Virus record (IMG/VR): IMGVR_UViG_2563366933_000009
Location: 1 to 38,108 of that record
Length of the DNA stretch: 38,108 nucleotides
Source of the DNA: a virus
Taxonomy: Duplodnaviria > Heunggongvirae > Uroviricota > Caudoviricetes
Direction: 5' to 3' (one strand)
Part shown: piece after piece, positions 29,717 to 37,907 of the stretch
How positions within the stretch are numbered: position 1 is the first letter of the stretch
Layout of the letters: each line of letters opens with the position of its first letter
Position numbers and translations under genes: made by a program
Notes under the pieces: generated by a model
What the model saw: the letters and a program-made list of their open reading frames with translations, nothing else
What the model was told of the DNA's origin: nothing
Databases searched by the model: none

Positions 29717-29947
29717 TTAAGCGGCCATTAATTCAGGCCAGATGCTTTCCCAATCAACCGGATGAAGGTCTTTGCGAGTCACTTCACCATTGCTGAACTT
29801 CTCAATCAGAACACAAAGTGCTGCGCCCAATTCATGATTACGGCTAAGTGCTTTCCTCAAATAGCCGATAGAAGTTCCGCACTTGGTGGCAAATTCTCTC
29901 TGCTCTTCCAGTGAAAGGGAGTTCAGATACAAGCGGAGTTCTTCCAT
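29717..29947 (-). CDS. cro: Cro-like repressor
   Basis: 76-aa HTH protein (EQREFATKCGTSIGYLRKAL) divergent from the cI-like gene across an operator region. Confidence 0.8.
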   Translation of the reverse strand: MEELRLYLNSLSLEEQREFATKCGTSIGYLRKALSRNHELGAALCVLIEKFSNGEVTRKDLHPVDWESIWPELMAA

Positions 29948-29982
29948 TTGCTATCTCCTTCCCGTTGTTGAATAAGATGAGT

Positions 29983-30036
29983 TTACCTGTAGGTAAAAAG
30001 CAAATCAATACCCATAGGTTATTTACCGGCAGGTAA
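29983..30036. promoter_or_regulatory. OR operator region with divergent PR/PRM
   Basis: Two 14-bp dyad sites TTACCTGTAGGTAA and TTACCGGCAGGTAA in the 108-bp cro/cI intergenic region. Confidence 0.6.
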
Positions 30037-30055
30037 TCAAAGATAGAATTAAATC

Positions 30056-30742
30056 ATGGATAAATACGAACAAAGACGACTAAGGCTGATAGAGATAAGA
30101 GACCGATTCTGTAATGGAAAGGCCTCAGAGTTGGCTCGTCGAATAGAAAGGGAACCATCATACGTTTCCAGAATGCTGTATCCGGAAGGAAAAAGCGGAA
30201 AAAAACGCATTGCTGACGATATGATGGAGCTAATTGAAAAATCTTTTAATCTCCCACGCGGATGGATGGACATGCTTGCAGATGGTAAAGCTGGAGCTAC
30301 GGACCATCTTGAGTTTGCGGGTAACGTTCGTGCGGGTTTTGTTCCGGTAATTGGTGAAGCCGTTTTGGGAGTTGATGGCTCAGTGGATATGATTGAATTC
30401 AGATCCGGTTGGTTAAGCATCTACAGCGGCGATAAAGATGCTTACGGTCTGAAGGTTAAGGGTGACAGCATGTGGCCAAGGATTCAGTCAGGAGAATATG
30501 TTGTTATTGAACCAAATACGCCAGTACATCCAGGTGATGAAGTCTTTGTAAGGACCAAAGACGGTCACAACATGATAAAGATCATGAACAAAACAAGAGA
30601 CGGTGATTATCAGTTTAGTAGCATAAACAGTGATCACCGCCCAATCACTCTTCCTGTTGAAGAAGTTGATAAAATGCATTTTGTTTCAGCTATTGTGAAA
30701 CACACCAGGTACGTAGACCAGGACGATCTGCCAAAAGTTTGA
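30056..30742 (+). CDS. cI: CI-like prophage repressor (HTH plus S24 LexA-like autopeptidase domain)
   Basis: 228 aa; C-terminal GDSMWPRI...GEYVVIEP...GDEVFVR...KIM signature of S24 peptidase-type repressors. Confidence 0.9.
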   Translation: MDKYEQRRLRLIEIRDRFCNGKASELARRIEREPSYVSRMLYPEGKSGKKRIADDMMELIEKSFNLPRGWMDMLADGKAGATDHLEFAGNVRAGFVPVIGEAVLGVDGSVDMIEFRSGWLSIYSGDKDAYGLKVKGDSMWPRIQSGEYVVIEPNTPVHPGDEVFVRTKDGHNMIKIMNKTRDGDYQFSSINSDHRPITLPVEEVDKMHFVSAIVKHTRYVDQDDLPKV

Positions 30743-31053
30743 GGATAAAGCAGCAAATGTTTATACCCGGCATAGTAGTCGCTGTTGTAATCATCTGCTT
30801 CATATGGGCAAAGTTATCTCCTGTAAGCTCTAAGCATACAGCTGAACTCATGAGGAAGAAGCATCTTATACATGAGGCAGAATCGATAATTAAAAAGTTC
30901 AAAGGCATGTCATACGACGACATGTCATCAGAGCAGATTGCTATGTATAAATGCGCCATTGAGCGCCTTGACTACTTAAACGGACTCAAACCCAAACACA
31001 CCCCAGTAGAATCAAAATTGCCGCAATGGCCAAGCAATCCAAATAGCTTCTGA
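30739..31053 (+). CDS. Small single-pass membrane protein co-transcribed with cI (Rex-position gene), paralog of 5739-6059; function unknown
   Basis: ATGA-type overlap with the cI stop; hydrophobic N-terminus IPGIVVAVVIICFIWA; YKCAIERL motif shared with 5739-6059; followed by an intrinsic terminator. Confidence 0.6.
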   Translation: MRIKQQMFIPGIVVAVVIICFIWAKLSPVSSKHTAELMRKKHLIHEAESIIKKFKGMSYDDMSSEQIAMYKCAIERLDYLNGLKPKHTPVESKLPQWPSNPNSF

Positions 31054-31064
31054 CATCTCCTTTC

Positions 31065-31088
31065 AGCCCGCAAAGCGGGCTTTTTTAT
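31065..31088 (+). terminator. Intrinsic terminator ending the cI operon
   Basis: Stem AGCCCGC/GCGGGCT with AAA loop followed by TTTTTTAT. Confidence 0.6.
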
Positions 31089-31106
31089 ATCAATCCAAAA
31101 AATTAA

Positions 31107-31191
31107 TTACCTGAAAATTCAATCAGGTAAACTCTCACATCAATTTTATTTACCTACAGGTATAGACAGAGGTTTTACCTGTAGGTATATT
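31107..31191. promoter_or_regulatory. OL operator region and PL-like promoter
   Basis: Dyad sites TTACCTGA..TCAGGTAA, TTACCTACAGGTA and TTACCTGTAGGTA of the same family as OR; -35 TAGACA, 17-bp spacer, -10 TATATT reading toward N. Confidence 0.55.
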
Positions 31192-31232
31192 TTAAGCCAT
31201 CAGCAGGACGCACTGACCACCATTGAAGGTGA

Positions 31233-31263
31233 CGCTCTTAAAAATTAAGCCCTGAAGAAGGGC
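31233..31263 (+). promoter_or_regulatory. nutL (boxA CGCTCTTAA, boxB GCCCTGAAGAAGGGC)
   Basis: Matches lambda nutL boxA and boxB, upstream of the N gene. Confidence 0.8.
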
Positions 31264-31461
31264 AGCATTCAAAGCAGAAGGCTTTGGGATTGGATGAATG
31301 AGCAGGCTGATGCTCGACCAATGTATAAACAGCGCTCATGGCAAGCAGTAACCAATCTGCGCCTCAAGACAGCGTCACTGGTAGTGCGGGCGCTCTAACC
31401 AGTAAGCCGGGGTTCAGCGCCGGCCATCCAATCACCAAAGCTAACTGACAGGAGAATCCAG

Positions 31462-31788
31462 ATGGATGCACAAACACGCCGCCGCGAACGTCGCGCAGAG
31501 AAACAGGCTCAATGGAAAGCAGCAAATCCCCTGTTGGTTGGGGTAAGCGCAAAACCAGTTAACCGCCCTATTCTCTCGCTGAATCGCAAACCGAAATCAC
31601 GAGTAGAAAGCGCACTGAATCCGATAGACCTTACGGTGCTGGCTGAATACCACGAACAGATTGAAAGCAACCTGCAGCGTATTGAGCGCAAGAATCAGCG
31701 CACATGGTACAGCAAGCCACGCAGTGAAATGGGTGTGACTTGTGTTGGTCGCCAGAAAATGAAATTAGGCAGCAAACCACTTATTTGA
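31462..31788 (+). CDS. N: Antitermination protein N (lambda-type)
   Basis: MDAQTRRRERRAEKQAQWKAANPLLVGVSAKPVNRPILSLNRKPKSRVESALNPIDLTVLAEY... is near-identical to lambda N. Confidence 0.95.
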   Translation: MDAQTRRRERRAEKQAQWKAANPLLVGVSAKPVNRPILSLNRKPKSRVESALNPIDLTVLAEYHEQIESNLQRIERKNQRTWYSKPRSEMGVTCVGRQKMKLGSKPLI

Positions 31789-31796
31789 GGTGAGAT

Positions 31797-32060
31797 ATGG
31801 ACAAGAAAATTAAATCATTGAAGCCAGGAATTGTTATCAGAGACATAAGTGGTGATTACGATACAGAGACATATGATATTTTATATGTGCATGCAGATGG
31901 AAAATGTCAGTATTCGAACGACATTTTTAATAATAAAGGTGGTGCCGAAATTGCTGCCACCACAGTTAATAAAGAGTTAGTAGCTAACGAGTCGTGGGAT
32001 TATTTTATGCCATCATCCACTTCTATGAACTGGAAAGTGGTTTTGTACATTCCATCATAA
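31797..32060 (+). CDS. Hypothetical protein (AT-rich accessory gene after N)
   Basis: 87-aa ORF with markedly AT-rich codon usage relative to flanking genes; occupies the ral/ea-like position. Confidence 0.5.
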   Translation: MDKKIKSLKPGIVIRDISGDYDTETYDILYVHADGKCQYSNDIFNNKGGAEIAATTVNKELVANESWDYFMPSSTSMNWKVVLYIPS

Positions 32061-32244
32061 TTGTAGCTGCCGTTCAAAAATGAAAGTAAATCTAACATCA
32101 CAGGCCGCATACTCAGCCTTTATTTTTGGCATAAACAAGAGAATAAACACTGCACTGTGTATTCATTCCAACGAGTGAATACACGGAGCAATGTCGCTCG
32201 TAACTAAACAGGAGCCGACTTGTTCTGATTATTGGAAATCTTCT

Positions 32245-32272
32245 TTGCCCTCCGATGTGAGGGCAATTTTTT
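32245..32272 (+). terminator. Intrinsic terminator (tL1-like)
   Basis: Perfect 8-bp stem TTGCCCTC/GAGGGCAA with 6-nt loop followed by TTTTTT. Confidence 0.6.
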
Positions 32273-32292
32273 ATCTATGAGGATATGAATAG

Positions 32293-32661
32293 ATGTCAAA
32301 CATCAAAAAATACATCATTGATTACGACTGGAAAGCATCAATAGAAATTGAAATCGACCATGACGTAATGACAGAGGAAAAACTTCATCAGATTAATAAT
32401 TTCTGGTCAGGCTCTGAATACCGACTCAATAAACACGGCTCTGTATTAAATGCTGTATTAATCATGCTGGCGCAACATGCTCTGCTTATAGCAATTTCAA
32501 GCGACTTAAATGCATATGGTGTTGTGTGTGAGTTCGACTGGAATGATGGAAATGGTCAGGAAGGATGGCCTCCAATGGATGGTAGCGAAGGAATAAGAAT
32601 TACCGATATCGATACATCAGGAATATTTGATTCAGATGATATGGCTATCAAGGCCGCCTGA
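32293..32661 (+). CDS. Hypothetical acidic protein (moron-like ORF)
   Basis: 122-aa Asp/Glu-rich ORF, AT-rich, with a terminator upstream and a weaker hairpin plus T-run downstream; GAGGA Shine-Dalgarno. Confidence 0.55.
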   Translation: MSNIKKYIIDYDWKASIEIEIDHDVMTEEKLHQINNFWSGSEYRLNKHGSVLNAVLIMLAQHALLIAISSDLNAYGVVCEFDWNDGNGQEGWPPMDGSEGIRITDIDTSGIFDSDDMAIKAA

Positions 32662-32737
32662 GTGCGGCTTTACCGCATACCAATAACGCTTCACTCGAGG
32701 CGTTTTTCGTTATGCAATCAAATATAAGGAGTTACCC

Positions 32738-32872
32738 ATGATGCACTTTCAGCTCGCGGGTAGCGGCGTCATGTCCGCTTTCTACCCGCACGAATCTGAA
32801 TTATCACGCCGAGTTAAACAATTAATCAGAGCAGCAAAGAAACAACTGGAGGCGTTATGCGCAATGAAATAG
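32738..32872 (+). CDS. cIII: cIII-like FtsH inhibitor peptide
   Basis: 44 aa (MMHFQLAGSGVMSAFYPHESELSRRVKQLIRAAKKQL...) with TAAGGAG Shine-Dalgarno; pattern resembles lambda CIII; below the ORF-track size cut-off. Confidence 0.55.
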   Translation: MMHFQLAGSGVMSAFYPHESELSRRVKQLIRAAKKQLEALCAMK

Positions 32873-33009
32873 CCATCAATCACCAGATGCTTCGTGCTGC
32901 ACAGAACAAAGCAGTAATAGCCAGATTTATTGGTGATTCCAAAATGTGGCTTGAAGCAAATAAAGCGATGAAATCAGCTATCAACCTTCCGTGGTATCGC
33001 AGGAAATGA
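32857..33009 (+). CDS. Kil-like small protein (tentative)
   Basis: 50 aa with IARFIGDSKMW...EA motif reminiscent of lambda Kil; TGGAGG Shine-Dalgarno; overlaps the cIII-like stop. Confidence 0.4.
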   Translation: MRNEIAINHQMLRAAQNKAVIARFIGDSKMWLEANKAMKSAINLPWYRRK

Positions 33010-33090
33010 GTTTTACAGATAACTGGTCAGACGAAGAATTCATTCGTCAGATGAACAAAATGCTCAATCAGCACAAAGAACAGGAGAAAG

Positions 33091-33402
33091 ATGATGATTC
33101 TGACTCTGAATGATAAGCGTGAAATATCGCAAATAATCGCAAGTTTTACTGATGAAGATTACGAGCGAATCAACAGTGAAGTTGATCGCCTCTGCAAACG
33201 TTGCGACCCAATAAGCGAAATGCTTCGCTCATATAAACCAGATGAACACACTAAGGACGCTATCGACTGGCTGGAAGATGATGACTGTAACTATCAGGAA
33301 AAAGCCGCTGAATGGTTCTGGGATGCAATAACCGAAAGAGTTAAGGCTGAATATGCCTTCGCAATATTCAAACGCAGACATATTTATGGAGAAGCTGCAT
33401 GA
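33091..33402 (+). CDS. Hypothetical acidic protein upstream of recT
   Basis: 103-aa ORF, ATGA-coupled to recT. Confidence 0.55.
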   Translation: MMILTLNDKREISQIIASFTDEDYERINSEVDRLCKRCDPISEMLRSYKPDEHTKDAIDWLEDDDCNYQEKAAEWFWDAITERVKAEYAFAIFKRRHIYGEAA

Positions 33403-34301
33403 GCAATATCGTTGAATTCGTTAAACAGCAAGAGCAGTTATTCTGCGGAGCATTGACTGAACAGACGGTGACATGGGCTAAGGAAAGCCAGTTTGCAATT
33501 CAGTATTTCCAGAAAAACGATTACCTGGCTAAAACAGCACTGGCAAATCCAACCAGCGCACAGAACGCCATCATCAATGTTGCGGCGATCGGCATCACCT
33601 TAAACCCGGCCAGCAAACTGGCTTATCTGGTTCCTCGCGACGGCATGGTGTGCCTTGATATCAGTTACATGGGATTACTTCATCTTGCGCAATCGACAGG
33701 ATCAATTAAGTGGGGGCAATGCAAACTGGTGTACTCAAACGACACCTATGAATCAAATGGCCTTGATTCAGCACCAACTCACAAATACAACGCATTTGGT
33801 GAACGAGGCTCTATTGTTGGTGGTTATTGCACGGTTAAAACAGCAGATGGTGACTACCTGACTGAAGAAATGAGTCTGGCAGAAATTAAAGCTGTGGAGG
33901 CAACGAGCAAGGCAAAGAATGGACCGTGGAAGACATTCTGGGAAGAGATGGCGCGTAAAACCATAGTTAAACGCGCCAGCAAATACTGGCCTAAAGCCCA
34001 GCGACTGGATAATGCCATTCACCTGCTTAACGAAGATGAAGGTATGCATCAGGAACCAGTTATGCCGCACAAATCAGAGGAAGATATCCGCGAAGATGAA
34101 CGAAAACGCCAGCAGGAAATAACGGATAAAGCACAACTTCTTTGTGATGAAATGGCTCAGGCAGAAAACATGGATGATTTGAAGCGATATTTTGCAGAAG
34201 CATATCGCCTGACATCTGGAATGAAATTGCAGCAGAACGTACAAGCCATTTACGCAGAATGCAAAGCTAAACTGGAGGTTGCCAGTGAGCAAACTGTATG
34301 A
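33399..34301 (+). CDS. recT: RecT-family single-strand annealing recombinase
   Basis: 300 aa; conserved RecT-like core recognised from the translation (recall of Rac-type RecT). Confidence 0.85.
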   Translation: MSNIVEFVKQQEQLFCGALTEQTVTWAKESQFAIQYFQKNDYLAKTALANPTSAQNAIINVAAIGITLNPASKLAYLVPRDGMVCLDISYMGLLHLAQSTGSIKWGQCKLVYSNDTYESNGLDSAPTHKYNAFGERGSIVGGYCTVKTADGDYLTEEMSLAEIKAVEATSKAKNGPWKTFWEEMARKTIVKRASKYWPKAQRLDNAIHLLNEDEGMHQEPVMPHKSEEDIREDERKRQQEITDKAQLLCDEMAQAENMDDLKRYFAEAYRLTSGMKLQQNVQAIYAECKAKLEVASEQTV

Positions 34302-34767
34302 AATTGCCAATGAATACGCAAAATTGATGGATTCAGATTTAGAACCAGAGATGATTGCTGACACAATAGAAGGCATGGAAGGAGAATTTACCGATAAAAT
34401 AGAGCAACTTCTTGCCATTATTAAAAATGAGTCTGGTTATGCTGAACGCCTCAAGAAAGAGGCAAAGTCACTGAATGAAAGAGCAGCAGTAATTCAAAAT
34501 AAGATTGATAGCATTATGACGTATATAGCGTCATCGCTTGAAATGGTTGGAAAGAAAAAGATTCGAGCAGGTATTCACCAGGTAACAATCCGCAAACCGT
34601 CAGAAACTGTAGAAATCATCGACTCAAGCGCCCTTCCTCCTGAATACGTTGAGTTCGAAACGACAATTAAAGCCGACAAACTGGCAATCAAACACCAACT
34701 AAAAGCAGGAATAAATATCCCCGGTGCTCAACTCAAAGTTGGGAAACCTTCACTTCTTATCAAATAA
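34285..34767 (+). CDS. Hypothetical protein downstream of recT (possibly Gp157-like)
   Basis: GTG start 6 nt after GGAGG; coiled-coil-rich 160-aa product; family assignment is tentative. Confidence 0.5.
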   Translation: MSKLYEIANEYAKLMDSDLEPEMIADTIEGMEGEFTDKIEQLLAIIKNESGYAERLKKEAKSLNERAAVIQNKIDSIMTYIASSLEMVGKKKIRAGIHQVTIRKPSETVEIIDSSALPPEYVEFETTIKADKLAIKHQLKAGINIPGAQLKVGKPSLLIK

Positions 34768-34778
34768 CGGTATCGCCT

Positions 34779-35093
34779 ATGAAAAAGACTCCTTGGGAGA
34801 AATGGGAAGTCGATTTCTTACGCGAAGTAGCGGCGACAATGCCAGTTGAAGTTATCGCTGAAAAACTGGAAAGGACTGAAAAAGCAGTTATGGCGAAAGC
34901 AACAAGGATTGGCGCTGACATTGTTAGCCGACTTCGTGGAAGACGCTGGACAAGAGCCGAAGTATCACTTTTCGGTAAGTTCTCCGCAGAAGAAATAGCA
35001 ATTGCAACCTGCCGCTCAATTTATTCAGTAAGAGCTATGCGATACAAGCTAAAAAAACTCGATGAAGAAAGAGCAGGCATACGAATAAATTAA
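34779..35093 (+). CDS. Hypothetical protein
   Basis: 104-aa ORF with two Trp-containing repeats ([10 protein letters not shown]..., [11 protein letters not shown]...) suggestive of a SANT/Myb-like fold. Confidence 0.45.
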   Translation: MKKTPWEKWEVDFLREVAATMPVEVIAEKLERTEKAVMAKATRIGADIVSRLRGRRWTRAEVSLFGKFSAEEIAIATCRSIYSVRAMRYKLKKLDEERAGIRIN

Positions 35094-35109
35094 CAAAGAG
35101 GAATTAATC

Positions 35110-35274
35110 ATGAGAGGACTTGCATACAATCCCGGCATTCTTCCGGCAGAAATGATTATTCGCCAACGCGTAAAGCCAATGCCATCGAGAGAGGAATTGC
35201 TTAAGAGAAATAGTTTCGGTTCTGTTAATGACAACAAATATCTGAATGCGATGTGGCGGAGTGGGAAGAAATGA
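35110..35274 (+). CDS. Small hypothetical protein
   Basis: 54-aa ORF with AAAGAGGAA Shine-Dalgarno; stop overlaps the next gene's ATG; coordinates approximate to about 1 nt. Confidence 0.3.
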   Translation: MRGLAYNPGILPAEMIIRQRVKPMPSREELLKRNSFGSVNDNKYLNAMWRSGKK

Positions 35275-35789
35275 AACAAATTTCACTAATTGAGATGGAT
35301 GGATTTCTGAAAGGTAAATGCATCCCAAGTGATTTAAAGGTTAACGAAACAAACGCTGAATATCTGGTGCGTAAATTTGCTGAAGCGGAGGCCAAGTGCG
35401 CGGCGCTGGCAGCGGAGAATGCGTGGCTGAAGTCTGGCGCTATGGACGAAATCAAGGTTATCAACCGTGGAGGTCAGGCATATTGCGTAAAAGATGGAGT
35501 GCAAGTTAATCCCATGTATGCAAGAGGGTGGAATGACTATCGCGCAAAGTCTCTGCAATCAGACACCCCAGCCACCGATGCTTTCCTGGCTGAAGTACGG
35601 GCGCAGGGGGTGGATGCTGCTATAGAAGCTGCAAAAAATCTGGTGGCCCAAGAATATGAGTGTAAGGATTTCAAAGCGGCGCAGAGTGATTGCTGTATGC
35701 ACCCTGGTTCAGACCTGGTAGGGAAGGTTGAAATGACTGAGTGGTTAGTTGACTTTGCTGCCCAGCTTCGCAAAGGAGGCAACCAGTGA
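35271..35789 (+). CDS. Ea22-like family protein (first of tandem pair)
   Basis: Internal ATG coupled to the upstream stop; coiled-coil region with ENAWLKSG motif shared with the next ORF. Confidence 0.55.
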   Translation: MKQISLIEMDGFLKGKCIPSDLKVNETNAEYLVRKFAEAEAKCAALAAENAWLKSGAMDEIKVINRGGQAYCVKDGVQVNPMYARGWNDYRAKSLQSDTPATDAFLAEVRAQGVDAAIEAAKNLVAQEYECKDFKAAQSDCCMHPGSDLVGKVEMTEWLVDFAAQLRKGGNQ

Positions 35790-36202
35790 GCAAGATTGAC
35801 TATCAGGTACTGCGTGAGGCAGCAGTAGCAATTGAAACAGTAGCAACGCCTCAAAAATTGCTGGCATTTCGTATGAAAGTCACACCTCAGGTTGTGCTGG
35901 CACTGCTGGATGAACGGGAAAGAAACCAGCAATACATCAAACGCCGCGACCAGGAGAACGAGGATATTGCGTTAACGGTAGGGAAGTTGCGCGTTGAGCT
36001 TGAGGCAGAAAAACAGCGGGCAAAGGATCTGTTTATGGAAAATGCTCGGCTTAAGTCAGGTATAGCCGGTCTGATACACCTCGGTATTCGATATGCAGAT
36101 GTTGAGGTCATGAGAATTGCTGGAGATGCCCAGCTTTCTACCCCATGCACTGACAGCATCATAAACAGCATTGCAACAGGCATTCGCATCAAAGGAGAGT
36201 GA
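35786..36202 (+). CDS. Ea22-like family protein (second of tandem pair)
   Basis: N-terminus [18 protein letters not shown] typical of the Ead/Ea22-like family; ENARLKSG motif. Confidence 0.6.
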   Translation: MSKIDYQVLREAAVAIETVATPQKLLAFRMKVTPQVVLALLDERERNQQYIKRRDQENEDIALTVGKLRVELEAEKQRAKDLFMENARLKSGIAGLIHLGIRYADVEVMRIAGDAQLSTPCTDSIINSIATGIRIKGE

Positions 36203-36203
36203 T

Positions 36204-36353
36204 ATGGCTAAGTACATCGTGACTATCGAAGGATTTAATGATTGCAAGGTTGTTGAGTTTGAAGCAGACACGCCAGAGGATGCCGAAGAAATAGGCAGAG
36301 ACATATTCTATGAAGAATGCAACTACGGCGTATCACCTGCTACAGAGGACTAA
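36204..36353 (+). CDS. Small hypothetical acidic protein
   Basis: Internal Met (MAKYIVTIEGF) 4 nt after AAAGGAGAG; 49 aa. Confidence 0.4.
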   Translation: MAKYIVTIEGFNDCKVVEFEADTPEDAEEIGRDIFYEECNYGVSPATED

Positions 36354-36356
36354 CAC

Positions 36357-37049
36357 ATGATCACTATTACCAAAGAGCGACTACTGACAATCAAGCAGTG
36401 GCGCGAAACATACGGACCTGGTAGCAACGTTGTACTGCCAGCAGAAGAAGCGGAAGAACTGGCACGAATTGCACTGGCATCGCTGGAAGCAGAACCAGTT
36501 GCTTATATTTTCAAACATCCGGCCGGGAAATTATTCTGGGCTTTAACGGATGAAAGCAATAAAGAGCAAGCGGACGTTATTCCTGTTTATGCTGCCGCGC
36601 CTGCGTCGATTGTGCCGGATAATGCATCAGAGCCTCTCGCTTATGCTTACAAAGAGCTTACGCCTGAGATTATGCGCAACCATTTAGCTGTATTCGAGCG
36701 ATATGGAATAGCCCCAAACGATAGCTCTACCACAATTCAGGCACTGCGAATCGCGCTGGATGGCATAGAGCGGAGCGACGCCATGCTTCATGGTGCCGAA
36801 CCTGTAAGCCAGACTTACAAGTTGAACGAGCTGTCGGGCAACTATCCGGTAACTCCGGATGGTTGGATAAGCTGTAGTGAGCGAATGCCCGCTCAAGATG
36901 ATTGGATTTTAATTTATTCAAAGCACGGCGAGTATATGGCAGGACAGGTACAAGGGGAATACGTGGAGTTGAGCGACGGCACTTTATCGTGGTTAGGGAA
37001 CGCCTTGTACTGGATGCCTCTACCGGAACCGCCGCAGGAGGTTAATTGA
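36357..37049 (+). CDS. Hypothetical protein with DUF551-like C-terminal domain
   Basis: 230 aa; C-terminal W...SERMP...W...Y region resembles DUF551 found in enterobacterial prophage early regions. Confidence 0.55.
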   Translation: MITITKERLLTIKQWRETYGPGSNVVLPAEEAEELARIALASLEAEPVAYIFKHPAGKLFWALTDESNKEQADVIPVYAAAPASIVPDNASEPLAYAYKELTPEIMRNHLAVFERYGIAPNDSSTTIQALRIALDGIERSDAMLHGAEPVSQTYKLNELSGNYPVTPDGWISCSERMPAQDDWILIYSKHGEYMAGQVQGEYVELSDGTLSWLGNALYWMPLPEPPQEVN

Positions 37050-37333
37050 TGGTCTCCTTCGCGAAATATACGATTATTGACTGGATAGCATTCATTCAGG
37101 TTTTGCTCATCTGGTTTTATATGGCTTACAGGAGTGGACAGTGGATTGTCAGTGTAGCCTGTAGCAATGGATGGCGTTGGTGGAACCGAAAGAATAAAAA
37201 AGCGCTGGCCTTGGCTTCGTTTTACGAAGCATTCAATCTTAACAGTCTTCAGCCTGGTTCTGTCGTTGTAGTCACCACTCAAAGCGGCATGACGATACAA
37301 ATTCACAAGCCAAAGGAGGAAGGTCGTGGCTAA
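37046..37333 (+). CDS. Hypothetical protein with hydrophobic N-terminus
   Basis: 95-aa ORF; ATGA overlap with the upstream gene; predicted TM segment IDWIAFIQVLLIWFYMAY. Confidence 0.45.
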   Translation: MMVSFAKYTIIDWIAFIQVLLIWFYMAYRSGQWIVSVACSNGWRWWNRKNKKALALASFYEAFNLNSLQPGSVVVVTTQSGMTIQIHKPKEEGRG

Positions 37334-37610
37334 CCTGCAACTTGCCGTTAAAGGTGAATACTTCGATGCCATGATTCGCGGAGAGAAAACGGAAGAGTAT
37401 CGCCTGTGTAATGACTACTGGAATAAGCGAATTATGTTCCGCGAGTATGACCGCCTGATTATCACAAAGGGATATCCGAAGCGCGACGATTCCAGTCGCA
37501 GAATAGACGTCCCGTATAACGGATATGAAGTGAAAACAATCACACATCCGCACTTCGGCGATAAGCCGGTAAAGGTGTTCGCGATAAAGGTAAATATCGG
37601 AAATGAATAA
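37326..37610 (+). CDS. Hypothetical protein
   Basis: 94-aa ORF overlapping the upstream stop; no recognisable motif. Confidence 0.5.
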   Translation: MANLQLAVKGEYFDAMIRGEKTEEYRLCNDYWNKRIMFREYDRLIITKGYPKRDDSSRRIDVPYNGYEVKTITHPHFGDKPVKVFAIKVNIGNE

Positions 37611-37682
37611 CAATCCTCGCACTCGCGGGGATTTCTTTTATCTGAACTCGCTACGGCGAGTTTTGTTTTATGGAGATGATAA

Positions 37683-37850
37683 ATGCACTTCCGAGTCACA
37701 GGAGAATGGAATGGAGAGCCATTCAACAGGGTTATCGAAGCCGAGAACATCAACGACTGCTATGACCACTGGATGCTGTGGGCGCAGATAGCACATGCAG
37801 ACGTAACCAATATTCGAATTGAAGAACTGAAAGAACACCAAGCCGCCTGA
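37683..37850 (+). CDS. Small hypothetical protein
   Basis: 55-aa ORF with TGGAG Shine-Dalgarno 7 nt upstream, followed immediately by a terminator hairpin. Confidence 0.35.
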   Translation: MHFRVTGEWNGEPFNRVIEAENINDCYDHWMLWAQIAHADVTNIRIEELKEHQAA

Positions 37851-37865
37851 TGGCGGTTTTTTATT
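37843..37865 (+). terminator. Intrinsic terminator upstream of xis
   Basis: Stem GCCGCC/GGCGGT with 4-nt loop followed by TTTTTTATT. Confidence 0.5.
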
Positions 37866-37907
37866 GCCTGATTTGCAGGTTCGATTCCCTATTCGGAGAT
37901 AGCACTC

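Noticed and set aside
30049-30420. 123-aa minus-strand ORF antisense to cI
   Set aside because: Fully inside the well-supported cI coding region, no ribosome-binding site, Ser/Pro-rich composition typical of antisense frames.
33006-33113. 35-aa ORF overlapping the Kil-like stop and the next gene's start
   Set aside because: Very short, highly acidic tail, overlaps two better-supported ORFs; cannot be separated from chance.
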